DNA of 64,000 nt from an uncultured Alphaproteobacteria bacterium (lineage in GTDB: Bacteria > Pseudomonadota > Alphaproteobacteria > HIMB59 > GCA-002718135), in assembly GCA_902592345.1 (NCBI GenBank), contig CACJEE010000003.1:2312-66311 (forward strand). The letters are read 5' to 3'. This document shows positions 1 through 10,200 of this stretch, piece after piece. Made by a program: the position numbers and the translations under genes. How positions within the stretch are numbered: position 1 is the first letter of the stretch; every line of letters begins with the position of its first letter. The notes below the pieces were generated by a model. It worked only from the letters and a program-made list of their open reading frames with translations. It was not told where the DNA came from and did not search any database.

Positions 1-816
1 CAAGGAGCAGATATTTGTGGAATTATTGTAGGGGCAGGAAAATCAGTAGATAAAAAAAGAATTGGAGAGCGTGTTATTGTAAGAACAATGCAAGAAGTTC
101 CTTTTAATCATGATAGCTATTCATCTTGGACAGTAGGATCTGAGTGTAATGGAGGATTTGCACAATACACTTCAATTCGTTCTTCTGAAGCTTTCAGTAT
201 AATTTCAAATTGGTCAGATGTTGAGCTTGGATCTATTCCTTGTGCTTATTCTACTGCTGAAGGTTTATTATATCGTTCAAAACTAAAAGATGAAATTGTT
301 TTTATTACAGGAGGTTCCGGAGGAGTTGGGTCAGCTGCTATTCAACTAGCAAAATTACGAGGATCAAAAGTAATTGCTCAGTGCTCAGAAAATAAACACA
401 AAGATGTTTTAAGAGTAGGTGCTGATAAAGTAATTGATCGCAATTCTAATATAATTCAAGAGTTGGGAAAAAATTCAGTCGATGTTGTGATTGATTTAGT
501 AGCAGGTGATCAATGGGGGCAGCTTCTAGAAATTTTAAAACCAGAAGGACGTTACTCAACTGCGGGCGCAATAGCAGGGCCATTAGTTGAATTAGATGTA
601 CGAACTTTATATTTAAAGGATCTAACTTTTTATGGATGCACAAAACAACCCAAAGAAGTATTTTCAAATTTAATTAGTTATATTGAGCAAAATAAAATTT
701 CTCCCTTGGTTGCAAATACTTACCCTTTAAAAGATATTAAAGTAGCACAAGATGATTTTTTAAGTAAAAAATACACAGGTAAACTTGTGCTTATTCCTCC
801 AAATGTAATTCAATAA
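1..816 (+). CDS. Zinc-type alcohol dehydrogenase / quinone oxidoreductase (MDR superfamily), 5'-partial
   Basis: Frame 1 is open from nt 1 with no stop before the ATG at 88, so the gene starts upstream of the window. Has the 'ITGGSGGVGSAAIQLAK' Rossmann NAD(P)-binding motif and a typical MDR C-terminus. Confidence 0.8.
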   Translation, partial: QGADICGIIVGAGKSVDKKRIGERVIVRTMQEVPFNHDSYSSWTVGSECNGGFAQYTSIRSSEAFSIISNWSDVELGSIPCAYSTAEGLLYRSKLKDEIVFITGGSGGVGSAAIQLAKLRGSKVIAQCSENKHKDVLRVGADKVIDRNSNIIQELGKNSVDVVIDLVAGDQWGQLLEILKPEGRYSTAGAIAGPLVELDVRTLYLKDLTFYGCTKQPKEVFSNLISYIEQNKISPLVANTYPLKDIKVAQDDFLSKKYTGKLVLIPPNVIQ

Positions 817-894
817 TTATTTGGACACATATTGGTCACACTTACAAAATCGATAATTAAAAATTAATCTGAAATTATCCTTTAATTACCTAAT

Positions 895-917
895 TCTTTT
901 CTAATCGTAACGCTTGG
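895..917 (+). repeat. Direct repeat copy 1 (23 bp, 'tcttttctaatcgtaacgcttgg')
   Basis: Exact 23/23 match to 3750..3772, read base by base. Imperfect similarity continues about 7 nt to the left. The right edge falls inside the anticodon of the adjacent tRNA-like fragment. Confidence 0.9.
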
Positions 918-968
918 AAAGTGTGTGTAGTAGCAATACTATCGAGGGTTCGAACCCCTCCCTCTCTG
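909..968 (+). tRNA. tRNA-Ser(GGA)-like 3' fragment (anticodon arm to 3' acceptor strand); no 5' acceptor strand or D-arm, so probably a pseudo/att remnant
   Basis: Anticodon stem 909-913/921-925, loop 'ttGGAaa'. Long variable arm 927-942 (5-6 bp stem, GCAA loop). T arm GAGGG/TTCGAAC/CCCTC at 944-960. 3' acceptor strand 'cctctct' plus discriminator G. No [AG]G[AG]G[AG]GG complement in the 100 nt upstream. Confidence 0.6.
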
Positions 969-1094
969 CTATTTTTTACCAATATAAATAATTTGTTAAA
1001 CTTCACAGTTTTCAATAAAAATATCGACATTCTACCTAAACATAATAAAAAAATATTACTTAAATAAAATTTTAATATTATATTTATATTTTTA

Positions 1095-2897
1095 TTAATG
1101 TTGCCAATAATTATTTTTATACTGATCTAAACATTTCTTACCAGAATTACTCACAATTATATAATCATACATTATCTCAATATTATTTATACAAACTTTT
1201 AGCGGTTCAGGTATACAAATCATATCAATATTGCCACATCTAATTGGCTCACCTAATACCTCTCCTTTGGTATGCTTCTTTAAATTAATGTTAAAATTAT
1301 TAATTGAATAATTTATATATTCTTTATTTAATTTATATTCATTATAATTTGGATAAGGAAATTTTTGGAAATCATCTAAATTAAAGTTACTAATTCTATT
1401 ATAATTTTTTGCACTAACATATATCAAAGGTATAAAAATTATTACATTTGAAATTAATTTTAATTTTTTAGTATCAATATTAAAATTAAAAAAAATATAA
1501 TATAATAAATATAAACAAGTTATTGCTATTATAGCAATACCTCCATATCTTGTCTGAGGTGAAGTATAAAACCAAAATAAAGTTGAAAGAAAAAATGAAA
1601 TTAATAGTATTGTTTGTTCTTTATTTTTAAAATGTACAATTTTTTCTTTTTTTGAAAACATAATAAGAATAAAGCTAATACATACTATAATTATAATATT
1701 TATTATTCTATCTTTGTCGTGATCTAAAAACCAATATTTAGGCCATAGAAGTATATTAGTAGAGTATTTTTTTGGATGCTCTATTTGATTATTAAGAATT
1801 TTATTATGATATAAATTTAAATGTTCATCATTTCCGTGTGATTTTATATAAAATTCATAACCCTTTGCTTTAGATGATTGTACATAATATCTTTCATTAA
1901 CATTCTCTAATGGTACAGTCCATTTTACAGTATCATTAATAAAACACGTTGATGGAATTGGAAAAACCAAACAACCACTATGAATAAAATTTCGAGCTAA
2001 AACTAAAAATAATATAAATATTGTAAATATTATAGGGCGTAAGTTATTTGAAATTAAATTTAAAAATAATTTAAAGTATAATATAAATATTATTAAAAAT
2101 GTTGGTAAGAATACAACTGATCCTATTCTAAGAAACAATGCAAAAATAAAATAAAATAATATTTTTATCATAAATTCTTCATTTTTATTTGTTGTCATAA
2201 AAATTGAATTTAATCCAAGCAAAATCATTAACATTAAAGGTTGAGCCTCTGCTCCAAAATCAATTAATTTATTAAATGTACTTAATGAGTAAATCAAAAT
2301 GATAAAAATTATTATCTTGTTTTGATTATTTTCTTTTTCAATATATTTAATTAGAGTTAATAGATAAAAGAAATAAAATATCATTCCTAGTGCCGTTAAG
2401 CCTTTAGTTTCTATTAATGGAATTGAAAAAATAGCTATGATATCTTGCCATCCATGACCAAATGACAAATTATTTGAAAAATTAGCCAGTCCAAAAATAA
2501 TCTTAAAATTATTTAAATAATTAATATATGGCAGGTGATACCATTCATAATCAGCATGTGTACGTATTACAATTATAGATGGAAGTAAAATTATAGGGAC
2601 AAAATAATACAAGTAATTATTTATTAAAAATTTGTTTTTTATTTGATTAAAAAAATATAACAAAAGTAAAATCCCAATCAAAATTATTGTTAAATTTAAA
2701 TATTGATAGAGTGGTATAAAAAAATGAACAAATAAAGATATTCCAAAAATTGAAAAAAAACCTAGTAAACCAATTTCTCCTATATTAAAAAAATTATTAT
2801 CAATTTTTAAAAACTTAATTGTTAAATAACCGTACCCGATTACAGATATTGAGCAAAAAAATAAGTAAGAAAATAATAAAACAGTATTTATAATCAT
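1095..2897 (-). CDS. Large polytopic membrane protein of unknown function (possibly GT-C / O-antigen-polymerase-like surface glycan enzyme)
   Basis: 600-aa ORF with more than 10 hydrophobic segments and a Cys-rich soluble C-terminus. Extremely AT-rich: some 60-nt lines contain only 3-4 G/C. No motif I can assign with confidence. Confidence 0.55.
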   Translation of the reverse strand: MIINTVLLFSYLFFCSISVIGYGYLTIKFLKIDNNFFNIGEIGLLGFFSIFGISLFVHFFIPLYQYLNLTIILIGILLLLYFFNQIKNKFLINNYLYYFVPIILLPSIIVIRTHADYEWYHLPYINYLNNFKIIFGLANFSNNLSFGHGWQDIIAIFSIPLIETKGLTALGMIFYFFYLLTLIKYIEKENNQNKIIIFIILIYSLSTFNKLIDFGAEAQPLMLMILLGLNSIFMTTNKNEEFMIKILFYFIFALFLRIGSVVFLPTFLIIFILYFKLFLNLISNNLRPIIFTIFILFLVLARNFIHSGCLVFPIPSTCFINDTVKWTVPLENVNERYYVQSSKAKGYEFYIKSHGNDEHLNLYHNKILNNQIEHPKKYSTNILLWPKYWFLDHDKDRIINIIIIVCISFILIMFSKKEKIVHFKNKEQTILLISFFLSTLFWFYTSPQTRYGGIAIIAITCLYLLYYIFFNFNIDTKKLKLISNVIIFIPLIYVSAKNYNRISNFNLDDFQKFPYPNYNEYKLNKEYINYSINNFNINLKKHTKGEVLGEPIRCGNIDMICIPEPLKVCINNIEIMYDYIIVSNSGKKCLDQYKNNYWQH

Positions 2898-3074
2898 TAT
2901 ATTTAGATTTAATTTTCACTTTAAATAAAAATTTATAAAATAAAACTTATTTATTGTTTTACTACCAAAATTGATACATACTTGAAAATAATCTTGGGTG
3001 AGAAATTTTAAATTTATTCCACACTTCTAGATCATATAATGCTTTCTGATTTTTATTAAATTTTTTAAATAAAT

Positions 3075-3551
3075 TTAAATTTGATACTGAAAATTTTGTG
3101 TTGTTGGATTAATTTTTATTAATTTAGCGCCATTACGAATATGATAATGGGTTGCCACAGGTGTCAAAGGAGATAGTGTCATAATACTATCAATGTTATT
3201 ATGCTTTTTCATATATTTTAATAATTCTTTCATTATTTTTTTCCCTGCTCCTTTTTTTAAAGACCACAAGGTATAAGCAACGGCAATTTGACTATCTCTC
3301 TCATTAACACTCATAAGATCTAATTCTTTAACTGTAGTAGGTAGCTCATTCATAAAGGCAAGACAGACAACACCTTCAATTTCATCTTTATATTTAAGTC
3401 CAAATATTTTTCTCCCCTTTGTTATTCTAAAAGTGTTATCTAATTCAGGTCTAACAGGGTCATCTGCTGGATTAATTTCACTTAATTCAACAAGTTCTGT
3501 TTTTTTAATCCATTTAAAGAAATCAAAATTGTATCTGTATTTTTTTATCAC
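3075..3551 (-). CDS. GNAT-like N-acetyltransferase (tentative)
   Basis: 158 aa. 'IAVAYTLWSLKKGAGKKIMKELLKYMKK' resembles GNAT motif A (R/Q-x-x-G-x-G/A), followed by '...HYHIRNGAKL'. Confidence 0.5.
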   Translation of the reverse strand: MIKKYRYNFDFFKWIKKTELVELSEINPADDPVRPELDNTFRITKGRKIFGLKYKDEIEGVVCLAFMNELPTTVKELDLMSVNERDSQIAVAYTLWSLKKGAGKKIMKELLKYMKKHNNIDSIMTLSPLTPVATHYHIRNGAKLIKINPTTQNFQYQI

Positions 3552-3749
3552 ACAGACTCTTTATACTTTTAGATTTTTAAGAAAAGTCTATTTGTGATAA
3601 TTTATTTTTTTTTACTATGCATTAATTACATAACTAATTTGCTTAAAACATTCTTTTAAGATATTTTATCAAAAAATGACTTTTGGCTAAAATGTGCAAC
3701 ACATATTAAATAAACAATTAACTCCAAATAATTATTGCAAACTCTTAAC

Positions 3750-3772
3750 TCTTTTCTAATCGTAACGCTTGG
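3750..3772 (+). repeat. Direct repeat copy 2 (23 bp)
   Basis: Identical to 895..917. Lies 25 nt from the yejF stop codon. The sequence to its right ('taatcttctg...') has no tRNA-like continuation. Confidence 0.9.
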
Positions 3773-3796
3773 TAATCTTCTGTATTCGGTTATAAA

Positions 3797-5377
3797 TTAA
3801 ACCACTGAACTAATTAGCTTTTTTGTATATTCATCTTTTGGCTTATTAAAAACTTTTTCAGCACTATTATATTCAATTAGTTTTCCTTTTTTTAAAACCA
3901 ATATTTTGTCTGATACTGATCGGATAACATTCATATCATGACTTATGAATATGTAGCTAAGAGAATATTTTTCCTGTAAGTTTTGAAGTAAATCTAATAT
4001 TTGATTTTGTATAGTAATGTCTAATGCTGAAGTGGGCTCATCTAAAATAAGAATTTTAGGTTTTAAAATCAAAGCTCTTGCAATTGCAATTCTTTGTCTT
4101 TGACCTCCTGAAAATTCATGAGGATATTTATTATAATCTCTTTCATAGTTCATGCCCGTTTCTTTTAAAATATCTTTTAAAATTTGTTTTTTTTCACTTA
4201 CAGAGTATTTTGGAAAGTGGACATCCATTCCTTCATTCAATATTTCCTCAACATTCATTCTAGGACTTAATGAAGAATAAGGGTCTTGAAAAACAATTTG
4301 AATATTTTTTCTAATACTTTTAAGTTTATTTTTTTTTACTAAATTTAAATCAATTTTATCGAATTCAATTTTTCCTGATGAAGTTATTAATTTCAAAATA
4401 GCTAGGACAAGTGAAGTTTTACCTGAACCTGACTCCCCTACAATCCCTAAAGTCTCTTTTTGATTTAAGGTAAAATTAATAACATCAATTGCCTTGACAT
4501 AATCAACTGTTTTTTTAAAAATACCTTTCTTAATAGGATACCATACTTTTAAATCTTTAATTTTTAAAATTTCTACTTCTTTATTTTCTTCATGTTTTCG
4601 AATCTTATTTTGAAAGCTAACTAATTGTTTTGTGTATGCATCTTGTGGGTTATAGAAAATCTGATCTTTTTTTCCATGTTCAATAATTTTACCCTCTTTC
4701 ATCACATAAATATAATCAGCTATTTCATTTACTACCCCAAGGTCGTGACTAATAAATAAAATCGACATTTTTCTTTCTTCTTGAATCTTATTTAAAAGTG
4801 CTAAAATTTGTTGTTGCACAGTTACATCTAATGCAGTGGTGGGCTCATCAGCTATTAACAGATCAGGGTTATTAGCAATACTCATTGCAATCATTACTCT
4901 TTGACGCTGCCCTCCAGAAAGTTCATAAGAATAGATATTTGGTCTATTCATTAAATTATCTAAATTTACTTCTTTTAATAATTTTAAAACAGACTGATTA
5001 AGTTCTTCAGAATTTACTTTGTTATTATGAGTTGTAATAATTTCTTTAATTTGTTTGTCAATTTTATGTAAGGGATTTAAACTGGACATAGGTTCTTGAA
5101 AAATAGTTGAAATTTTATTTCCTCTGATTTTTTCAATTTTATTTTGAGGGAGTTTAAGTAAATCTTTATCATTAAATATTATACTTCCATTTTTTATAAT
5201 AGCATTCGTGGGTAATAATTTTAAAATACTCAACGCAGATAATGTTTTCCCAGAGCCAGACTCTCCAACAATTGCCACTGTTTCCCCCTTAGGTATATCT
5301 ATGCTTACATTATCAACCACGTTTTGATTTTCTTTAAAGTTTATCGTTAAATTTTTAATTGAAAGAAGATTATTCAT
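3797..5377 (-). CDS. yejF: ABC transporter ATP-binding protein with duplicated ATPase domains (YejF-type peptide/microcin C importer)
   Basis: Two Walker A motifs ('GESGSGKT' twice), two 'LSGGQRQR' signatures and two Walker B motifs. Last gene of a yejABEF-like operon. Confidence 0.85.
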   Translation of the reverse strand: MNNLLSIKNLTINFKENQNVVDNVSIDIPKGETVAIVGESGSGKTLSALSILKLLPTNAIIKNGSIIFNDKDLLKLPQNKIEKIRGNKISTIFQEPMSSLNPLHKIDKQIKEIITTHNNKVNSEELNQSVLKLLKEVNLDNLMNRPNIYSYELSGGQRQRVMIAMSIANNPDLLIADEPTTALDVTVQQQILALLNKIQEERKMSILFISHDLGVVNEIADYIYVMKEGKIIEHGKKDQIFYNPQDAYTKQLVSFQNKIRKHEENKEVEILKIKDLKVWYPIKKGIFKKTVDYVKAIDVINFTLNQKETLGIVGESGSGKTSLVLAILKLITSSGKIEFDKIDLNLVKKNKLKSIRKNIQIVFQDPYSSLSPRMNVEEILNEGMDVHFPKYSVSEKKQILKDILKETGMNYERDYNKYPHEFSGGQRQRIAIARALILKPKILILDEPTSALDITIQNQILDLLQNLQEKYSLSYIFISHDMNVIRSVSDKILVLKKGKLIEYNSAEKVFNKPKDEYTKKLISSVV

Positions 5378-5378
5378 A

Positions 5379-6407
5379 TTAACTAAAGGTTTTTCTTGGA
5401 TCCAACGCGTCTCTCACGGCTTCCCCAATGAAAACTAGAAGACCAAGCATTAATCCTAATGTAAAAAAACTTGTAAGGCCGAGCCATGGTGCTTGTAAAT
5501 TGTTACGTCCTTGATTTACCATTTCTCCAAGTGATGCAGATCCTGGAGGTAAACCAAATCCTAAAAAATCTAAACCTGATAATGCTGTTACAGATGCACT
5601 TAAACTAAAAGGAAGAAAAGTTATAGTAGCTACAGTTGCATTTGGAATCATGTGCCGAAAAATTATTTTTGATGTGCTCACACCAAGAGCTTTCGCAGCT
5701 CTAATATAATCAAAATTTCGGGCTCTCAAAAATTCTGCTCTAACAACTCCTACATAACCCATCCAACTAAAAAGGAGCAAAATAATTAGTAGCCACCAAA
5801 AATTTGGTTGTATGACGCTAGCAAGAATTATCAAGATATACAACGTTGGTATTGCTGACCAAACCTCCATAAATCTTTGAAAAAATAGATCAGTTTTTCC
5901 ACCAAAATAACCTTGAATTGCACCCGCAGAAACACCAATAATCATAGAAAAAAAAGTTAGTGTGAAGCCAAATAAAATTGATATTCTAAATCCATATATT
6001 AACCTTGATAAAACATCTCTTGCTTGATCATCTGTCCCAAGCCAGTTTTTTCTGGTTGGAGGAGAGGGTGCAGGACTATTAATATCTCGAATAATTGTAT
6101 TATATTTATAAGGAATTATAGGCATGATCATCCAGCCAGAAGAATTTATTAAGTTTTTTACAAACGGATCTCTATAATCAGCTTCAGTTTCAAAATCTCC
6201 TCCAAATGTAGTCTCTGAGTAGGACTGTAAAATTGGAAAGTAAAATTCGTTTTCATATTTTATGATCAATGGTTTTTCATTTGCAATGAAATCTGCAAAA
6301 AGTGAAATCATAAATAAAATAAAAAAAATCCAGAAAGAATACAAGCCTCTTTTGTTTTTAACAAAATTGTTTAAACGTCTTTTATTAAGTGGAGACAAGT
6401 TTTTCAT
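5379..6407 (-). CDS. yejE: ABC transporter permease (YejE-type)
   Basis: Multi-TM BPD-transport permease. Overlapping or adjacent start/stop codons with neighbouring operon genes. Confidence 0.8.
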   Translation of the reverse strand: MKNLSPLNKRRLNNFVKNKRGLYSFWIFFILFMISLFADFIANEKPLIIKYENEFYFPILQSYSETTFGGDFETEADYRDPFVKNLINSSGWMIMPIIPYKYNTIIRDINSPAPSPPTRKNWLGTDDQARDVLSRLIYGFRISILFGFTLTFFSMIIGVSAGAIQGYFGGKTDLFFQRFMEVWSAIPTLYILIILASVIQPNFWWLLIILLLFSWMGYVGVVRAEFLRARNFDYIRAAKALGVSTSKIIFRHMIPNATVATITFLPFSLSASVTALSGLDFLGFGLPPGSASLGEMVNQGRNNLQAPWLGLTSFFTLGLMLGLLVFIGEAVRDALDPRKTFS

Positions 6408-7507
6408 TCTCGAGACTCAAAATCAATTCTAGGGTCAATTAAAGAATACATAAAATCACCTATAATTCCCATAATGAGACCAAGTAATGAAAAGAAATAT
6501 AAAGTAGCAAATATTACAGGATAATCTCTTGTAAGAGCTGCTTCATAACCTAACAAACCCAAACCATCTAGAGAAAATATTACTTCAATAAATAAAGAGC
6601 TTGAAAATAATATTCCAATAAATGCTGACGGGAAACCAGCAATTACTATTAGCATCGCATTTCTAAAAACATGTCCATAAAGTACTTTTCTCTCTGACAA
6701 ACCTTTAGCCCTTGCTGTCATTACATATTGTTGATTAATTTGATCTATAAAAGAATTTTTAGTCAAGAAAGTTAATCCAGCAAAACCACTAACAATCATT
6801 GCAATTAGAGGCAGGGTTAAATGCCAAAAGTAGTCTTTGATTTGAGAAAGAATACTTAATTCCTCAAAATTTTCTGACACTAAACCTCTTAGGGGAAAAA
6901 TATCATAAAAGCGACCACCAGCAAAAAATACAATTAGAATAACTGCGAATAAGAAATTTGGAATTGCATATCCAATTGTAACAATACTACTTGAAATTAT
7001 GTCAAATCTTGAACCATCTCTTATAGCTTTTCTTATTCCAAGAGGAATAGAGATTAAATATACGAGTAAGGTTGTCCATAGGCCAAGAGATATTGATACT
7101 GGCATTTTATCCAAAACTAGCGAAGTAACTTTTTGATCACGAAAAAAACTTTCACCAAAATCAAACAAGACATAACTTTTTAACATTTTAATAAAACGTT
7201 CATGAGCAGGCTTGTCCATTCCATACATTATTTCAATTTCTTTAATAATGTCTGGGTCAAGCCCTTGAGCACCTCTGTATTTTGAGTCACCCTCTTCAAA
7301 ACTTGATGCATCGAAACTTGAACTTAATTCTCCTTCTGCACCTCCTGAAAAACGAGCTGTGGATTCAACAGCTGTTCCTGTCATTTGCGCGATCATTTGT
7401 TCTACTGGGCCGCCTGGCACAATTTGAATAATGGCAAAATTAATTAACATTATTCCAAAAAGAGTTGGAAATATAAGTAGAATTCGTCTTATTAAATACG
7501 CACCCAT
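6404..7507 (-). CDS. yejB: ABC transporter permease (YejB-type)
   Basis: Multi-TM DppB/OppB-like permease. 4-nt overlap with yejE. Confidence 0.8.
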   Translation of the reverse strand: MGAYLIRRILLIFPTLFGIMLINFAIIQIVPGGPVEQMIAQMTGTAVESTARFSGGAEGELSSSFDASSFEEGDSKYRGAQGLDPDIIKEIEIMYGMDKPAHERFIKMLKSYVLFDFGESFFRDQKVTSLVLDKMPVSISLGLWTTLLVYLISIPLGIRKAIRDGSRFDIISSSIVTIGYAIPNFLFAVILIVFFAGGRFYDIFPLRGLVSENFEELSILSQIKDYFWHLTLPLIAMIVSGFAGLTFLTKNSFIDQINQQYVMTARAKGLSERKVLYGHVFRNAMLIVIAGFPSAFIGILFSSSLFIEVIFSLDGLGLLGYEAALTRDYPVIFATLYFFSLLGLIMGIIGDFMYSLIDPRIDFESRE

Positions 7508-7547
7508 AAATATGATTTTATATTATTTATGTTCTATTTTTAACTTA

Positions 7548-9377
7548 TTAGTTTGCAGATCTTTGAGAATTAATAAAATCAAATTTGCTTTGATTAATCC
7601 ACCAAGTATCAAATCCAAGAGAATATTTAGGCTTTTGTATAGGTTTATCAAACATATCCCAATACAGAACTCTATAAGCAGAAATATGCCATTGAGGGAT
7701 TACGTAATAATTCCATAGCAATACTCTATCTAGAGCTTTGGTAATAGTTATTAAATCTTCTCTATCTTTAGCGTTAATAAGTTTTTCTATAAGGATATCG
7801 ATAACATCATTTTTTATTCCAATGACATTACTTGATCCATTTGTATCTGCAGCATCAGAACCCCAAAAACCTCTTTGCTCATTACCAGGTGAGAGGCTCT
7901 GGCTAAAGGTTTGAACAATCATTTCAAAATCAAAACTTTCTATTCTCTTTTGATATTGAGCGCTATCTACTATTCTTTGAGTTGCATTTATGCCTAATTT
8001 TTCTAAGTTATCAATAAAAGGCGCCACTATTCTTTCAAAAGCAGGTGATACTAATAAAATTTCAAATTTAAATGGCTCTCCTTTTGAATTTTCTAGTTGA
8101 CCGTTATTTAATACCCATCCAGCATCCTTAAGAAGTTTTGTTGCTTCTTGTAACTGAATCCTTATAAAACCAGATCCATCAGTCGAAGGATTTTTAAACT
8201 CTTTAGAAAAAATTTCCTGTGGGAGAATATCTATATATGGGTTTAGATAAACAAGCTCTTCTTTTGATGGCAATCCACTTGAAGAAAGTTCTGAGTTTTC
8301 AAAAAAACTATCTGTTCTTTTATATGCACCATAAAATAAATTTTCGTTAGTCCATTCAAAGTCAAAAGCATAAGAAAGTGCTTTTCTAACTTTCTTATCT
8401 TTAAAAATATCTTTACGTGTGTTGAATGCAAAAGCTTGCATTCCTTGAGGATTTTCATGAGATATAAGTTCTTTTTTTATTATACCACTTTTTACATCAT
8501 CAATCTCATAAGCTGTTGCCCATTCTTTTGATGAATTTTCACTAAAAAAATCAATATCACCAGATTTAAAAGCTTCTCTCTCAATACTTCTATCTTTATA
8601 GTAATCATATCTTATAGTACTAATATTGTCTTTACCTACTTTAATTGGAACGATATTATTTTTAAAACCCCAATAATCCTTATTTAATTCATAAGTAACA
8701 GATCTACCTGTATCAAAAGATTTAATTTTATAAGGCCCACTTCCAAGAGGTATATCAAGTGTTGTTTCTTCAAAGTTTTTATTAATCCAATAATGCTTTG
8801 GTAATATATGCAATTGACCAACTATAAGAGCTAATTCTTTATTTGTATTATTTTTAAATTCAAATTTTACAATTTTATCTGAAACTTTCAGAACATTTTT
8901 AACATCAGCATAATAATATTTATACCCTGGATGACCTTTTTCCATCAATGTATTGAATGTCCATACTACATCATCACTAGTTATTTTTTTTCCATCATGC
9001 CATTCAGCTTCATCTCTTATTGTATACTTTACCCACGATCTGTCTTCAGGCCATTCTATTTTTTCTGCTAATAACCCATATTCACTGAATGCCTCATCAT
9101 ATGACCTTGTTGTAAGAGTATCATAAATTGTCATTATTCCAGCAGCTGATCTACCTTTTAAAATAAAAGGATGAAAAGAGTCATAAGAGCCAAAAGCACC
9201 CCTTACAATATTACCACCTTTAACTGCAGAGTTGCTCACGTAATCTACACTTAAAAAATCTTTCTCATATTTTGGCTCTCCGTGCATAGCGATTGCATGA
9301 GATATATTGTTATTTGCCATAACGTTATTCGAAAAAATAAAAAGAAATACTGAGAGGTAGGTAATTAAAGTTTTCAT
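7548..9377 (-). CDS. yejA: Periplasmic substrate-binding protein, family 5 (YejA-type peptide binding protein)
   Basis: 609 aa with an N-terminal signal peptide. Size and composition match a family-5 SBP, and it is the first gene of the operon. Confidence 0.8.
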   Translation of the reverse strand: MKTLITYLSVFLFIFSNNVMANNNISHAIAMHGEPKYEKDFLSVDYVSNSAVKGGNIVRGAFGSYDSFHPFILKGRSAAGIMTIYDTLTTRSYDEAFSEYGLLAEKIEWPEDRSWVKYTIRDEAEWHDGKKITSDDVVWTFNTLMEKGHPGYKYYYADVKNVLKVSDKIVKFEFKNNTNKELALIVGQLHILPKHYWINKNFEETTLDIPLGSGPYKIKSFDTGRSVTYELNKDYWGFKNNIVPIKVGKDNISTIRYDYYKDRSIEREAFKSGDIDFFSENSSKEWATAYEIDDVKSGIIKKELISHENPQGMQAFAFNTRKDIFKDKKVRKALSYAFDFEWTNENLFYGAYKRTDSFFENSELSSSGLPSKEELVYLNPYIDILPQEIFSKEFKNPSTDGSGFIRIQLQEATKLLKDAGWVLNNGQLENSKGEPFKFEILLVSPAFERIVAPFIDNLEKLGINATQRIVDSAQYQKRIESFDFEMIVQTFSQSLSPGNEQRGFWGSDAADTNGSSNVIGIKNDVIDILIEKLINAKDREDLITITKALDRVLLWNYYVIPQWHISAYRVLYWDMFDKPIQKPKYSLGFDTWWINQSKFDFINSQRSAN

Positions 9378-9406
9378 AATGTTAATATAATTACTTTATT
9401 TAAAAA

Positions 9407-10192
9407 TTAAATTATTTTTTTGTTTATTAAAGAAATTAACTCAGCGTGAAGTTCATCGTTTGCTGAAGCTATAACACTTCCTTGGGAATTTGTGGTTATT
9501 CCATTTCCAAATTTATCTGTAATCTTGCCTCCAGATCCCTCTATGACATTAACTAAAGCCATATAGTCATGAACTTTTAAAGTGTCTTCAATAACAATAT
9601 CAATTAATCCTGAAGCCAACATACCATACATATAGCAATCACCTCCATAACGATAATATCTTACTTTTTTTGTAATTTGATCTACAGCATCTCTCAGATG
9701 TGGCTCATCAAAGTATAATCCTGAAGTAAAAAGATAAGCATCTTCAACATTTTTTACTTTAGAACATTTTGTAAATTTTTTGTTAAGGGTAGTATTTTGA
9801 TTTTTGACACCTACCCATCTTTCATCATGAGCAGGACAATTAATTATACCAATAATTGGTTTTTTATTTTGTGTTAAAGATATTAAATTACCAAAATCTT
9901 TATGTCCTGCAATATAACTTCTTGTTCCATCAATTGGATCTATAACCCAAATAAATTCGGCATTTGGATTAATATTATCAAACTCTTCTCCTAAAATTCC
10001 GTGATTGGGATATTTATTCTCTATCATTGATCTTATTTTTAATTCTGTATTTTTATCAGCAATAGTGACTGGACTTTCATCATTCTTGTTATCGATATTT
10101 AGGGGTTTTCTAAAATATTGCATTGAAATAACGCTTGCTGCATCTGCAAGTGCGTTAGCAAAATTTATATATTCCTGATAGGAATCATTCAT
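9407..10192 (-). CDS. Inositol monophosphatase family protein (SuhB/HisN-like)
   Basis: Has 'WVIDPIDGTRSY' and an upstream 'GEE' motif typical of the IMPase family. Confidence 0.8.
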   Translation of the reverse strand: MNDSYQEYINFANALADAASVISMQYFRKPLNIDNKNDESPVTIADKNTELKIRSMIENKYPNHGILGEEFDNINPNAEFIWVIDPIDGTRSYIAGHKDFGNLISLTQNKKPIIGIINCPAHDERWVGVKNQNTTLNKKFTKCSKVKNVEDAYLFTSGLYFDEPHLRDAVDQITKKVRYYRYGGDCYMYGMLASGLIDIVIEDTLKVHDYMALVNVIEGSGGKITDKFGNGITTNSQGSVIASANDELHAELISLINKKII

Positions 10193-10200
10193 TATTCAAT

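Noticed and set aside
944-971. The T-arm/acceptor-like 3' end could be the acceptor piece of a two-piece (permuted) alphaproteobacterial tmRNA.
   Set aside because: The 3' strand 'cctctct-g-cta' lacks the alanine-type ...CUCCACCA end expected for tmRNA. The upstream part folds as a Ser-type anticodon arm plus a long variable arm. No tag-peptide reading frame or coding piece is apparent nearby.
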